IMG/VR virus record: IMGVR_UViG_3300046170_000173 | Source of the DNA: a virus | Direction: 5' to 3' (one strand) | Length of the DNA stretch: 64,000 bases | The notes under the pieces: model-generated | What the model saw: the letters and a program-made list of their open reading frames with translations, nothing else | Told to the model about the DNA's origin: nothing | Databases searched by the model: none | In this document: piece by piece, positions 1 through 9,278 of the stretch | Numbering within the stretch: the stretch's first letter is position 1 | How the letters are laid out: every line of letters begins with the position of its first letter | Translations under genes and position numbers: made by a program

Positions 1-1
1 C

Positions 2-259
2 CACGACGACTTGATGATGAACCTAGTGATGTTCGGTTACTTCGTCTCCACCCAATCATTCGGTGACAACTTCGACATGAACATCAAGAACCTTTTGTTT
101 GAAGAAAGGATGGCGCAGATCGAGGAAGACCTACCACCATTCGGTATCATCGATGATGGAAGGGATTTTTTAGAGAAACCCTCGGCAGATGGCAGTGAAT
201 ATTCAGCAGAATGGACGAACTTTCAAACCCCGTTCGACGCAAATTACGGTGAAAACTAG
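2..259 (+). CDS. gp17: Terminase large subunit, C-terminal end (partial)
   Basis: Open frame from window edge reads HDDLMMNLVMFGYF, the T4-like gp17 nuclease-domain C-terminal motif, then PFG..DDG; immediately upstream of tail sheath. Confidence 0.9.
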   Translation, partial: HDDLMMNLVMFGYFVSTQSFGDNFDMNIKNLLFEERMAQIEEDLPPFGIIDDGRDFLEKPSADGSEYSAEWTNFQTPFDANYGEN

Positions 260-264
260 TAAGT

Positions 265-272
265 TATAAATA
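265..272 (+). promoter_or_regulatory. T4-type late promoter TATAAATA
   Basis: Exact gp55-dependent consensus upstream of gp18. Confidence 0.85.
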
Positions 273-338
273 GTGCTATTGACGATATTACTACGTATTA
301 TGTTTAACTTATTATACCTTAACTAGAAGGATACAATC

Positions 339-1937
339 ATGGCTCTTAGATCAAATGAGTCACCAGGCGTAACCATTAAAGAAATAGACCTATCTGGAAC
401 TGTTCCAGCGGTCGGTTCTACTACAGGTGCGTTCATCGGTGACTTCGCGTGGGGTCCAGTAGGAAAACCAGTATTCGTGGCGAACGAGTCTGAATTGGTT
501 TCTACTTTTGGGTCTCCAAAAGACGGAGGGAGTTCAGCTGACTTCCTAGCGGTCTCTCAATTTCTAAAATACTCCGGTAGTGCTTTTGTTACACGCGCGA
601 GCGCGGGAACAACTGCAAAGGCACCATCACAAGACCTACTAACAGCTAACCAAGCCGTACAAGACGCACAAGCTGCGTTAGATGCGGAACAGGCAAAAAA
701 CGAACCAGACGACGACACCGTTGACACACTAACCACAGCACTAAATGCAGCTCTAGCTTTACAGTTGGAGAAAGACGGAGAAGTCGAACCAGTAATGGCA
801 AAACACCCAGGCTCTCTGGGAGACAACTTAAAAGTTGTTGTTACTGCCGTTAGTGAAAGCGTACTAGGTGTAGATGGGACATCGACAAGCGTAAGCACCA
901 AAACAGTTGATGTTGAATATGATGGCGAGGTTGTTGAATCATATGCAAACCTAACAGAAACTGTTGGTGACGAACGTTACATCTTAGAATATGTTAACCG
1001 TCGTTCTAACTGGATCGAACTATCTCAGTCGCCTCAAGCCGGAACTTTCGACCTTGACGGTGGTACAGACGCACCTTCGGCAACACTTCAGCAAGACTAC
1101 GTAGAAGCATACGGTGATGTTGATCAGATCCAGATCGACTTCATGGTTGCACACAACTCTGGTTTAGAAGTATCTGCTCTAGCGGGTATCGCTCAGAACT
1201 TACGTAAAGACTGCATTGTTGTTGCATCACCACCAAGTGCGCCAGCATCACTAGGCGATGTTGTTGATAGTTGGGCAGATAACCTACCATCAACATCTTA
1301 CTTAGTGTTGGATGGTAACTGGGTTCAGGTCTACAACAAGTATCTAGATCAATACGAATTCATTCCAGCATGTTCATCAACTGCGGGTATCATGGCATCA
1401 ACAGATATTTCTTCTGCTCCTTGGTTCTCCCCTGCTGGAACACGTCGTGGTCAATACTTCGGTGTATCTGCACTTGCGTTCAACCCAACAAAGGGTGAAC
1501 GTGATCAGATGTATGCAGCACGTGTCAACCCAATCGTTTCTATGCCTGGCCAAGGCACTGTACTGTTCGGGGACAAGACTGCACTAGCACGTCCATCTGC
1601 ATTCGATCGCATCAACGTCCGTCGACTATTCCTAGTCATCGAACGTGCAATCGGTGAAGCCGCGAAGAACGTCATGTTCGAACTGAACGACGACTTCACA
1701 CGCGCAGAGTTCACAAACATCGTAGAACCATTCCTACGTGAAGTCCAAGGGCGTCGTGGTATCACCGACTTCCGTGTTGTATGTGACGAAACAAACAACA
1801 CGTCAGAAGTTGTCGACCGCAACGAATTCATAGCGTCTTGCTTTATCAAGCCAGCACGTTCAATCAACTACGTCACTCTCAACTTTGTCGCGGTTCGTAC
1901 CGGCGTCGAGTTTGAAGAAGTGGTCGGTACTGTATAA
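339..1937 (+). CDS. gp18: Tail sheath protein
   Basis: SPGV.IKEIDLS, F.WGP, WFSPAG.RRG, FDRINVRRLF and FIKPARSIN motifs. Confidence 0.97.
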   Translation: MALRSNESPGVTIKEIDLSGTVPAVGSTTGAFIGDFAWGPVGKPVFVANESELVSTFGSPKDGGSSADFLAVSQFLKYSGSAFVTRASAGTTAKAPSQDLLTANQAVQDAQAALDAEQAKNEPDDDTVDTLTTALNAALALQLEKDGEVEPVMAKHPGSLGDNLKVVVTAVSESVLGVDGTSTSVSTKTVDVEYDGEVVESYANLTETVGDERYILEYVNRRSNWIELSQSPQAGTFDLDGGTDAPSATLQQDYVEAYGDVDQIQIDFMVAHNSGLEVSALAGIAQNLRKDCIVVASPPSAPASLGDVVDSWADNLPSTSYLVLDGNWVQVYNKYLDQYEFIPACSSTAGIMASTDISSAPWFSPAGTRRGQYFGVSALAFNPTKGERDQMYAARVNPIVSMPGQGTVLFGDKTALARPSAFDRINVRRLFLVIERAIGEAAKNVMFELNDDFTRAEFTNIVEPFLREVQGRRGITDFRVVCDETNNTSEVVDRNEFIASCFIKPARSINYVTLNFVAVRTGVEFEEVVGTV

Positions 1938-1948
1938 GGAGAACGATC

Positions 1949-2473
1949 ATGACATTAAGAGTAGACGATTTTAAAGCAAAGTTGAAAGGTGGCGGTGCAC
2001 GTCCTAACCTATTCCGTGTTCTAATGAACTTTCCTGCATACGCAGGCGGTGATGCGGAACTTGCGTCATTCATGTGTAAGACAGCGCAACTTCCTGCCTC
2101 TAATGTAGCTTCGGTTGATGTACCTTTCCGTGGTCGTATTCTAAAGATCGCCGGAGAACGTACATTTGATGATTGGGAAGTAACCATTATCAATGACACC
2201 GACTTCGCGGTTCGTGATTCATTAGAACGTTGGATGAACGGTATCAATGGTCACAGTGCTAACACTGGTATCACATCACCAACACTTTATCAGGCAGACA
2301 TGATTGTCGAACAACTAGATAAAGACGGAAGTGTCCTAAAGACATATAACTTCCGTGGTGCGTTCCCAATCACAGTAGGTTCTATTGAACTAGATTACGG
2401 AACTGGAGACGCTATCGAAGAGTTCACTGCAACTTTCGCAATCCAATACTGGGAGTCAAATACCACTAGTTAA
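1949..2473 (+). CDS. gp19: Tail tube protein
   Basis: GGARPNLF, FRGR.LKIAGERTFDDW motifs; synteny. Confidence 0.97.
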   Translation: MTLRVDDFKAKLKGGGARPNLFRVLMNFPAYAGGDAELASFMCKTAQLPASNVASVDVPFRGRILKIAGERTFDDWEVTIINDTDFAVRDSLERWMNGINGHSANTGITSPTLYQADMIVEQLDKDGSVLKTYNFRGAFPITVGSIELDYGTGDAIEEFTATFAIQYWESNTTS

Positions 2474-2496
2474 AGGTATTATAAGTAAGTTTGATG

Positions 2497-2513
2497 GGGG
2501 TGCCTTGCACCCC
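2497..2513 (+). terminator. GC-rich hairpin after gp19 (possible terminator or processing signal)
   Basis: GGGGTGC-CTT-GCACCCC; only a weak U-tract follows. Confidence 0.4.
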
Positions 2514-2535
2514 TTATACTTGAACTGAGGATCTT

Positions 2536-4041
2536 ATGGCAGATAATGACTCAAACGTTTTCTCCGCATTCGGTTTCGAACTGAAGAGAGCGTCAAAAGA
2601 AAAAGATGAAAAGAAGGTAACGTCTATCGTCCCTAAAGTGGATGAGGATGGTGCTGGTTACGTCACCGCGTCGGGTTCATACTTTGGACAGTATATCGAC
2701 ATGGAAGGCGGCTCTGCAAAAGATAATCACGGACTAATTACTAAGTATCGACAGATCGCGGAACATCCGGAAGTCGATGCTGCAATTGAAGACATCCTAA
2801 ACGAATCTATCGTTGCGGGTGAACTAGAATCTACTGTTGCGTTGAACCTAGACAAGGTCGACACCTCAGACAAAATCAAAAACACACTACTCGAAGAGTT
2901 CGGCAACATCGTTGCAATGTTGAACTTCGAGGAATACGGTCACGACATGTTCCGTTCATGGTATGTCGATGGTCGTCTATATCACCACCTTGTGGTCGAC
3001 ACATCTAATCCTAAGATGGGGATTCAAGAGATCCGTCCGATCGACTCTGCAAAGATCCGCAAGGTCAAAGATGTGAAGCACAAAACAGATCCAGCAACTG
3101 GTGCGAAATTGGTAGACAAGGTAAATGAGTTTTACATCTATCAGGACAAGGGCAGTACAGGTGCTGGTGTCAAGTTGACCTCTGATTCTGTTTCGTATAT
3201 CACTTCAGGTTTATTGGACAACTCAAAGAAACGTGTCCTATCCTATCTACAGAAAGCAATTAAACCTGTAAACCAGTTGCGCATGATGGAAGACTCGTTG
3301 GTCATCTATCGTATGTCTCGCGCACCTGAGCGTCGTATCTTCTACATCGACGTGGGTAACTTACCGAAGGGTAAATCAGAACAATACATCAAAGACATCA
3401 TGTCGCGTTACCGCAACAAGATCGTCTATGATGCGAACACGGGTGAAATCAAGGATGACCGCAAGCATATGTCGATGCTTGAGGACTTCTGGTTACCACG
3501 TCGTGAGGGTGGTCGAGGAACAGAGATCAGTACACTACCAGGCGGTGAGAACCTTGGTCAGATCGACGACATCATTTATTTCCAAAAGAAGTTGTATCGT
3601 TCATTGAACGTGCCCCTATCGCGTCTCGAACAGGAACAACAGTTCGCACTAGGTCGTGCGACAGAGATCAACCGTGATGAGGTTAAGTTTCAGAAGTTCA
3701 TTGACAGGTTGCGACGTAAGTTTGCAAACCTATTCACAGGTGTTTTAAGAAAGCAGTTGTTACTGAAGGGTATATGTACTGAACAAGATTGGGAGTCGTG
3801 GAAGAACCACATCCAGATCGACTTTAACCGCGACAACCACTTTGTCGAATTAAAGGAAGCAGAAATACTGCGAGAACGACTACAGACTATGGATCAGGTT
3901 TCCACATACGTAGGAGAGTACTTCTCACGTGAGTGGGTTATGAAGAACGTCATGATGTTCAATGATGAGGACATCGCAGAGATGGCGAAACAAGTCGAAG
4001 CTGAGAACGCAAACAGCGACGATATGGATGATGACTTTTAA
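2536..4041 (+). CDS. gp20: Portal vertex protein
   Basis: RAPERRIFYIDVGNLPK, MLEDFWLPRREGGRGTEI motifs. Confidence 0.98.
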   Translation: MADNDSNVFSAFGFELKRASKEKDEKKVTSIVPKVDEDGAGYVTASGSYFGQYIDMEGGSAKDNHGLITKYRQIAEHPEVDAAIEDILNESIVAGELESTVALNLDKVDTSDKIKNTLLEEFGNIVAMLNFEEYGHDMFRSWYVDGRLYHHLVVDTSNPKMGIQEIRPIDSAKIRKVKDVKHKTDPATGAKLVDKVNEFYIYQDKGSTGAGVKLTSDSVSYITSGLLDNSKKRVLSYLQKAIKPVNQLRMMEDSLVIYRMSRAPERRIFYIDVGNLPKGKSEQYIKDIMSRYRNKIVYDANTGEIKDDRKHMSMLEDFWLPRREGGRGTEISTLPGGENLGQIDDIIYFQKKLYRSLNVPLSRLEQEQQFALGRATEINRDEVKFQKFIDRLRRKFANLFTGVLRKQLLLKGICTEQDWESWKNHIQIDFNRDNHFVELKEAEILRERLQTMDQVSTYVGEYFSREWVMKNVMMFNDEDIAEMAKQVEAENANSDDMDDDF

Positions 4042-4053
4042 GGAGTATATTTA

Positions 4054-4332
4054 ATGAGCGATACAGAAACAGTTGAACTATCATCAACAGAAAATTTAAT
4101 CGGGGCACTTGAAGTTGGTAACTTTGCTTCTGCTGAAGAGTTATTCAACACTCTTATAAATGATAAAGTGCAAGACGCATTAGACGCGGAAAGAGTTAAT
4201 GTCGCGAATCAGATTTTCAACGGTGTTGAAGAGGAAGATTTAGAAGTAACTGACGAAGAAATCGATGCGGCACTTGAGTCAGGTGATTTTGACGATGTGG
4301 AGTTCGGCGAAGAAGCGGACGATTTCGAATAA
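4054..4332 (+). CDS. Acidic prohead core protein (gp67-like position)
   Basis: Small, very acidic, between gp20 and gp21; AAGGAG RBS. Confidence 0.6.
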   Translation: MSDTETVELSSTENLIGALEVGNFASAEELFNTLINDKVQDALDAERVNVANQIFNGVEEEDLEVTDEEIDAALESGDFDDVEFGEEADDFE

Positions 4333-4356
4333 AATCGATGTTAAAAACTTTTCGTG

Positions 4357-4364
4357 TATAAATA
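4357..4364 (+). promoter_or_regulatory. T4-type late promoter TATAAATA
   Basis: Exact consensus. Confidence 0.8.
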
Positions 4365-4382
4365 GACTAATAAGGAGACAAG

Positions 4383-4580
4383 ATGAAAACTTTTCAAGAA
4401 ATTCGTGAGGCAAAAGATAAGGTCGTCTTCAACAAGAAGATGTCTGGTTATCCTGTTGTCATTACTAAGGTCGCGAAAGGATTCCATCTAACAATCGACG
4501 GAGATTCTGTCGATACCTTTAAGTCGCAAAAAGAAGCGGAAACAACCGCAAAACAAGTCCTGAAGGACTTAGGAAAATAA
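4383..4580 (+). CDS. Small prohead core/internal protein
   Basis: N-terminus MKTFQEIREA resembles the T4 internal-protein capsid-targeting sequence; strong RBS; head operon. Confidence 0.6.
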   Translation: MKTFQEIREAKDKVVFNKKMSGYPVVITKVAKGFHLTIDGDSVDTFKSQKEAETTAKQVLKDLGK

Positions 4581-4581
4581 A

Positions 4582-5241
4582 ATGAAGCTGATTAGCGAAT
4601 TCGTAGAAAACGACATTGAATGCATCGTTGAAGCCAAAGAGAACGGCGAGAAGAACTTTGTCATTGAAGGTGTATTCGCTCAGGCAGACAAAAAGAATCG
4701 TAACGGACGTATCTACCCAAAACCAATTATGGAGAAGGCGGTAAATACGTATGTTGAAAATCAAGTTAGCAAAAAACGTGCTGTTGGGGAACTCAATCAC
4801 CCTGAAGGTCCGACTGTTAACTTGGATAAAGTTTCTCACCTCATTACTGACTTGAAATTTGAAGGAAATGATGTGGTTGGAAAGGCACAAATATTGGATA
4901 CCCCAATGGGTCAGATAGTGAAAGGTCTCTTAGAAGGAGGTGTTCAACTAGGTGTGTCAACTCGTGGAATGGGAAGTCTTGAGAGTAAAAACGGCGTAAT
5001 GTACGTCAAAGATGATTTTATTCTTGCTACGGTAGATATCGTGCAAGATCCATCAGCACCTGAAGCATTTGTTAATGGGATTATGGAAGGTGTAGATTGG
5101 GTCTGGAATAATGGAATCTTAGAACCTCAAGCTATTGAAGATATAGAGACTGAAATTAAGCAAGCACCTATCACACATCGTCCTGAAGTGCAGATTCGTG
5201 AATTCAAGAATTTCCTCTCGTTAATCAAATCTAAACTATAA
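4582..5241 (+). CDS. gp21: Prohead core protease
   Basis: NRNGRIYP, GELNHP, GVSTRGMGS, DIVQDPSAP motifs. Confidence 0.97.
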   Translation: MKLISEFVENDIECIVEAKENGEKNFVIEGVFAQADKKNRNGRIYPKPIMEKAVNTYVENQVSKKRAVGELNHPEGPTVNLDKVSHLITDLKFEGNDVVGKAQILDTPMGQIVKGLLEGGVQLGVSTRGMGSLESKNGVMYVKDDFILATVDIVQDPSAPEAFVNGIMEGVDWVWNNGILEPQAIEDIETEIKQAPITHRPEVQIREFKNFLSLIKSKL

Positions 5242-5251
5242 AGGAGTCACT

Positions 5252-6283
5252 ATGACTGATTTAAATCAAGCAGTAGAAAGTGAAATCCGCGATACCGAGA
5301 TTGAAACTAACGAAATCGTGGAGGAAACTCTCGAAGAAGCAGCTCCAGAAAACAAAGATGCAGTCACTGAGCCAGAAGCAATTGCTTCGGTAGACAAGGC
5401 TGCGAAAGCTGCTCCAAAGGCTACCCCACCAAAAACCAAGGCGGGAATGATCAACGCAATGCATAATAAGCTAATGACATCTACTAAGGCAGATGTTCAA
5501 GCTGCTTATGACAAGATGCATGAAGGTGTTGCAAACTCCGAAGACTTAGTAGCAACAGAAGAAGTAGACACTGCTTCTGAACTTGCTGCGATTGTTGAAG
5601 GTGAAGCGACTCTATCGGAAGAGTTCAAGAAAAAGACATCTGTAATCTTCGAAGCGGCTGTAAAGTCAAAGCTTTCAGAAGAGGTCACACGTCTTGAAGA
5701 GAACTACGCGGTAGAACTTGCTGAAGAAGTCGAAACAATCAAAACTGACCTAGTCGGTAAGGTTGATTCATACCTAAACTATGTAGTTGAAACTTGGATG
5801 GAAGATAACAAGATTGCTATTCAGAACGGTCTACGTACTGAAGTCGCAGAGTCTTTCATGAACAACATGCGTGACCTATTCGTAGAGTCATACATCGAAG
5901 TTCCAGAAGCCAAGGTCGACCTAGTTGACGAACTTGCAGGACAAGTAGAAGAGTTAGAAGAACGTCTAAACAACACTACTGGCGATGCAATTTCACTAGC
6001 TGAAGAACTTGAAACTTATAAGCGTAACACTATCATCGCTGAGGCATCACGTGATTTAGCAGATACACAAGCGGAGAAGCTAAAGGGTCTCCTAGAAAGC
6101 GTTGACTTCGAGAACGAAGAATCTTTCGTTGCGAAAGTTAACACTGTCAAGGAATCATACTTCTCAAAAGAAATCCCAGAGCAACTTGAAGAATCTGTCG
6201 AAGAAACGACAGAGGAAGAAGTAGAGGTTTCATCTGTAATGGAGAATTACCTACACGCTCTTCGTAAAACCACTAAGCAATAA
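5252..6283 (+). CDS. gp22: Prohead core scaffold protein
   Basis: LSEEFK.K...IFEAAV, KVDSYLNYVVE.W; acidic coiled coil. Confidence 0.95.
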   Translation: MTDLNQAVESEIRDTEIETNEIVEETLEEAAPENKDAVTEPEAIASVDKAAKAAPKATPPKTKAGMINAMHNKLMTSTKADVQAAYDKMHEGVANSEDLVATEEVDTASELAAIVEGEATLSEEFKKKTSVIFEAAVKSKLSEEVTRLEENYAVELAEEVETIKTDLVGKVDSYLNYVVETWMEDNKIAIQNGLRTEVAESFMNNMRDLFVESYIEVPEAKVDLVDELAGQVEELEERLNNTTGDAISLAEELETYKRNTIIAEASRDLADTQAEKLKGLLESVDFENEESFVAKVNTVKESYFSKEIPEQLEESVEETTEEEVEVSSVMENYLHALRKTTKQ

Positions 6284-6294
6284 GGAATAGTAAA

Positions 6295-7596
6295 ATGCAA
6301 TCATTCGATACATTGATTGAGAAGTGGTCACCAGTACTTAACGAAGAATCTGCTGGCAAGATCACTGATCCACTACGTAAGGCAGTAACTGCTGCCGTCC
6401 TAGAAAACCAAGAAAAAGCTCTAATGGAAGAGCGCGCTTCAATGCAAGGTTTTCTAACAGAAGCACCAACTAACGCAACTGGCGGTCAGATCGCGAACTG
6501 GGATCCAGTTCTAATCTCACTAGTACGTCGCGCAATGCCAAACCTAATGGCATACGACCTATGTGGTGTCCAGCCAATGTCTGGTCCAACTGGTCTAATC
6601 TTCGCGATGAAGTCGCACTATGACACCCAAACTGGTGCAGAAGCACTAGGTCTAGAAGAGCCTAAGTCAGGTTTCTCTGGCGCAGTTGGTCAGCAAGGCG
6701 AATCTTCAGGTCTAGCAGATCTAGAGAATGGACGTACACTTGGTCTACCTGGCCGTGCAATGTCTACAAGCGCTGCTGAGTCTCTAGGTGAGGCTGAAGG
6801 ATCTTTCAAAGAGATGGGTTTCTCAATCGAGAAGCAGAGCGTTGTTGCTAAGTCACGCGCACTGAAGGCTGAGTACTCACTAGAACTTGCGCAAGACCTA
6901 AAGGCAATCCACGGTCTAGACGCAGAGACAGAGCTTGCAAACATTCTGTCTACAGAAATCCTTGCAGAAATCAACCGCGAAATCGTTCGTTCAATCAACG
7001 GTCAGGCGGTACTAGGTGCACAAACATCTAACGTCGCTTCTGCGACATCTGGTGGCGGTATCTTTGATATCTCTACAGACGCAGACGGTCGTTGGTCAGC
7101 AGAGAAGTTCAAGGCTCTTGCAATGCAGATCGAACGTGAAGCAAACGCAATTGCGAAGGACACACGTCGCGGTAAGGGTAACATCGTAGTTTGTTCTGCT
7201 GATGTTGCAACTGCACTTGCAGCTGCTGGTTCACTAGACTATCAGCCAGGCGCTGGTCTAACTGTTGATACAACAGGTAACACATTCGCTGGTACAATCA
7301 ACGGTCGTATCCGTGTCTTTATCGACCCATACGCAGACGTTGATTACGTAACTGTAGGTTATAAGGGAACAAACGCATATGACGCAGGTATGTTCTACTG
7401 CCCATACGTCCCACTACAGATGATGAAAGCAGTCGCTGAGAACACGTTCCAGCCTAAGATTGGTTTCAAGACTCGTTACGGCATGGCAGCAAACCCATTC
7501 GTCGCTGGTGCACAACAACCGCACGATCTAGCTAATACACAAGGTCAAAACACATACTACCGTATCTTCCGTGTTGACAACCTAATGGCTAAGTAA
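6295..7596 (+). CDS. gp23: Major capsid protein
   Basis: LVRRAMPNL, GVQPMSGPTGLIFA, ELAQDLKAIHGLDAE, FYCPYVPL, GFKTRYG. Confidence 0.99.
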   Translation: MQSFDTLIEKWSPVLNEESAGKITDPLRKAVTAAVLENQEKALMEERASMQGFLTEAPTNATGGQIANWDPVLISLVRRAMPNLMAYDLCGVQPMSGPTGLIFAMKSHYDTQTGAEALGLEEPKSGFSGAVGQQGESSGLADLENGRTLGLPGRAMSTSAAESLGEAEGSFKEMGFSIEKQSVVAKSRALKAEYSLELAQDLKAIHGLDAETELANILSTEILAEINREIVRSINGQAVLGAQTSNVASATSGGGIFDISTDADGRWSAEKFKALAMQIEREANAIAKDTRRGKGNIVVCSADVATALAAAGSLDYQPGAGLTVDTTGNTFAGTINGRIRVFIDPYADVDYVTVGYKGTNAYDAGMFYCPYVPLQMMKAVAENTFQPKIGFKTRYGMAANPFVAGAQQPHDLANTQGQNTYYRIFRVDNLMAK

Positions 7597-7633
7597 AAAA
7601 ATAATAAAAAGAACTAGTCTACTAGTCATTTTG

Positions 7634-7659
7634 GGGAGTCTTCGGACTCCCTTTTTTTT
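7634..7659 (+). terminator. Rho-independent terminator
   Basis: GGGAGTC-TTCG-GACTCCC followed by T8. Confidence 0.93.
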
Positions 7660-7662
7660 GTG

Positions 7663-7670
7663 TATAAATA
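7663..7670 (+). promoter_or_regulatory. T4-type late promoter TATAAATA
   Basis: Exact consensus upstream of gp3-like gene. Confidence 0.8.
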
Positions 7671-7691
7671 AAGTGACTAAGAGGATTCATT

Positions 7692-8156
7692 ATGAGCGTA
7701 ACATCCAACACAAACTTCTTGCAACCTACGGGATTCCGTGTCGTCATCGATCGCGCAAAATACGGAAACCTAGAATTCTTTGCACAGTCAGTAACACACC
7801 CTGGCTCTAGTGCAAACGCAGTGGATCGAGCAATTGCAAAGATCCAGAGATTCCCTGTTGCCGCAGATACCATCGAATATGCAGATCTATCGATGCAGTT
7901 GATCCTAGATGAGGACATGTCCGCGTATAAGGAAATGCAAGACTGGATGCAGCGAACGGTCGACACCTCAGAAGACCTGTCTCAAGACATTACGGTCATT
8001 ATTCTAACCAGTCATAACAACGCAAACATAAAGATCAAGTATGAGGGATGCCTTCCTATCCAACTTGGATCTATTGAGTTGAACTCCACTGCTGGAGACG
8101 TTGCATATATAACTTACGACGCCACATTTAAGTATACCAAATTCACTATATCATGA
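7692..8156 (+). CDS. gp3: Tail completion/sheath stabilizer protein
   Basis: NFLQPTGF, FFAQSV..PG, LDEDM..Y.E...W; position after gp23 as in marine T4-like phages. Confidence 0.85.
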   Translation: MSVTSNTNFLQPTGFRVVIDRAKYGNLEFFAQSVTHPGSSANAVDRAIAKIQRFPVAADTIEYADLSMQLILDEDMSAYKEMQDWMQRTVDTSEDLSQDITVIILTSHNNANIKIKYEGCLPIQLGSIELNSTAGDVAYITYDATFKYTKFTIS

Positions 8157-8797
8157 TGGTAAAATTGGACATAAAGAACCGGAACCTCTTGGAGATTTTG
8201 GAAGACTTCCGATATACGTATCGAGAGTTGTATCAACCCGAACAGACAAACCGATGTCTGGTCGAGGAGTTGCGTGGACAGTCAGACCACTACACGGGCG
8301 AAGAGGAGATGTGGCGTGTCATTGACGAAGGTCGTGACCACAGAGGTGCCGCAGAGAACTCCGTCTGTTATCCCATCAAACCCGATCACTACTTTGGGAC
8401 ACACCCAGAAGAATACCGCAAGACGTGGAACGCACTGAACTCCAGTTTTATGGAGGAACTAGGTGTGCAACACAGTGCGCTCTCAACACTCTACCCACCA
8501 GGCGGGTTCATCGGTTGGCACAACAACGCAGACGCATCCGCATATAACGTAATCTTTACGTGGTCCGAGAGAGGAGATGGGTGGTTCAAATATGTCGACC
8601 CCAAGACAGAACAGGTCATAACGGTTCAAGACGAACAGGGGTGGAATTGCAAAGCGGGATACTTTGGAGACTACGACTCAGGTAATGTAGTCTACCATGC
8701 AGCAAGAACAGAATGTTACCGTATGACTCTCAGTTACGTATTGGGTCATGACGAAGACTATTGGAAAGATTGTATTGAAACGATCACCAATATGTGA
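8153..8797 (+). CDS. Putative 2OG-Fe(II) oxygenase/cupin-fold protein
   Basis: YPPGGFIGWHNN...YHAA...R.TL pattern; paralog of 36164..36844. Confidence 0.55.
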   Translation: MMVKLDIKNRNLLEILEDFRYTYRELYQPEQTNRCLVEELRGQSDHYTGEEEMWRVIDEGRDHRGAAENSVCYPIKPDHYFGTHPEEYRKTWNALNSSFMEELGVQHSALSTLYPPGGFIGWHNNADASAYNVIFTWSERGDGWFKYVDPKTEQVITVQDEQGWNCKAGYFGDYDSGNVVYHAARTECYRMTLSYVLGHDEDYWKDCIETITNM

Positions 8798-8803
8798 TAT
8801 AAT
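8775..8803 (+). promoter_or_regulatory. sigma70-like early promoter
   Basis: TTGAAA-N17-TATAAT upstream of uvsY. Confidence 0.65.
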
Positions 8804-8831
8804 GTAGTTTTGAAAACCCCACGGATTATAC

Positions 8832-9278
8832 ATGCTTAATATTGAAGTGATACACAAGGAGTGGACAGAGGACTCTGTTATTCCTATGCACCAACTGGAT
8901 GAGACATCACGTCAAATCCCCATGCTACACGCAAAGTATTTAGAATACCTCACCGTAACCAAACTTACCCTACGTCGCGCAGAGGCGTCACAGAAGATCC
9001 TGTTGAAGGAGAAGTGGTTGTACTACAACGGTAAGATGGACCCACAGACTCTACAGGAGAAGGGGTGGGATCCAGATCCATTCAACGGTCTCAAGATTCT
9101 CAAGGGTGAGATGGACTACTATTACGACTCCGACCCAGAGATCTCTAAGTCTGAAGACAGAATCGTCGCACTTAAAGCACAGATAGATAGTCTTACAGAT
9201 ATTCTTAACATGATCAAATGGAGGCATTCGACGATCAAGAACATGATTGATTATCGTCGATTCGAGGCTGGTGGATAA
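8832..9278 (+). CDS. uvsY: Recombination mediator UvsY
   Basis: W..DS.I, LHAKYL, KWLYY.GK, IKNMIDYRRFEAG; upstream of uvsW. Confidence 0.9.
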   Translation: MLNIEVIHKEWTEDSVIPMHQLDETSRQIPMLHAKYLEYLTVTKLTLRRAEASQKILLKEKWLYYNGKMDPQTLQEKGWDPDPFNGLKILKGEMDYYYDSDPEISKSEDRIVALKAQIDSLTDILNMIKWRHSTIKNMIDYRRFEAGG

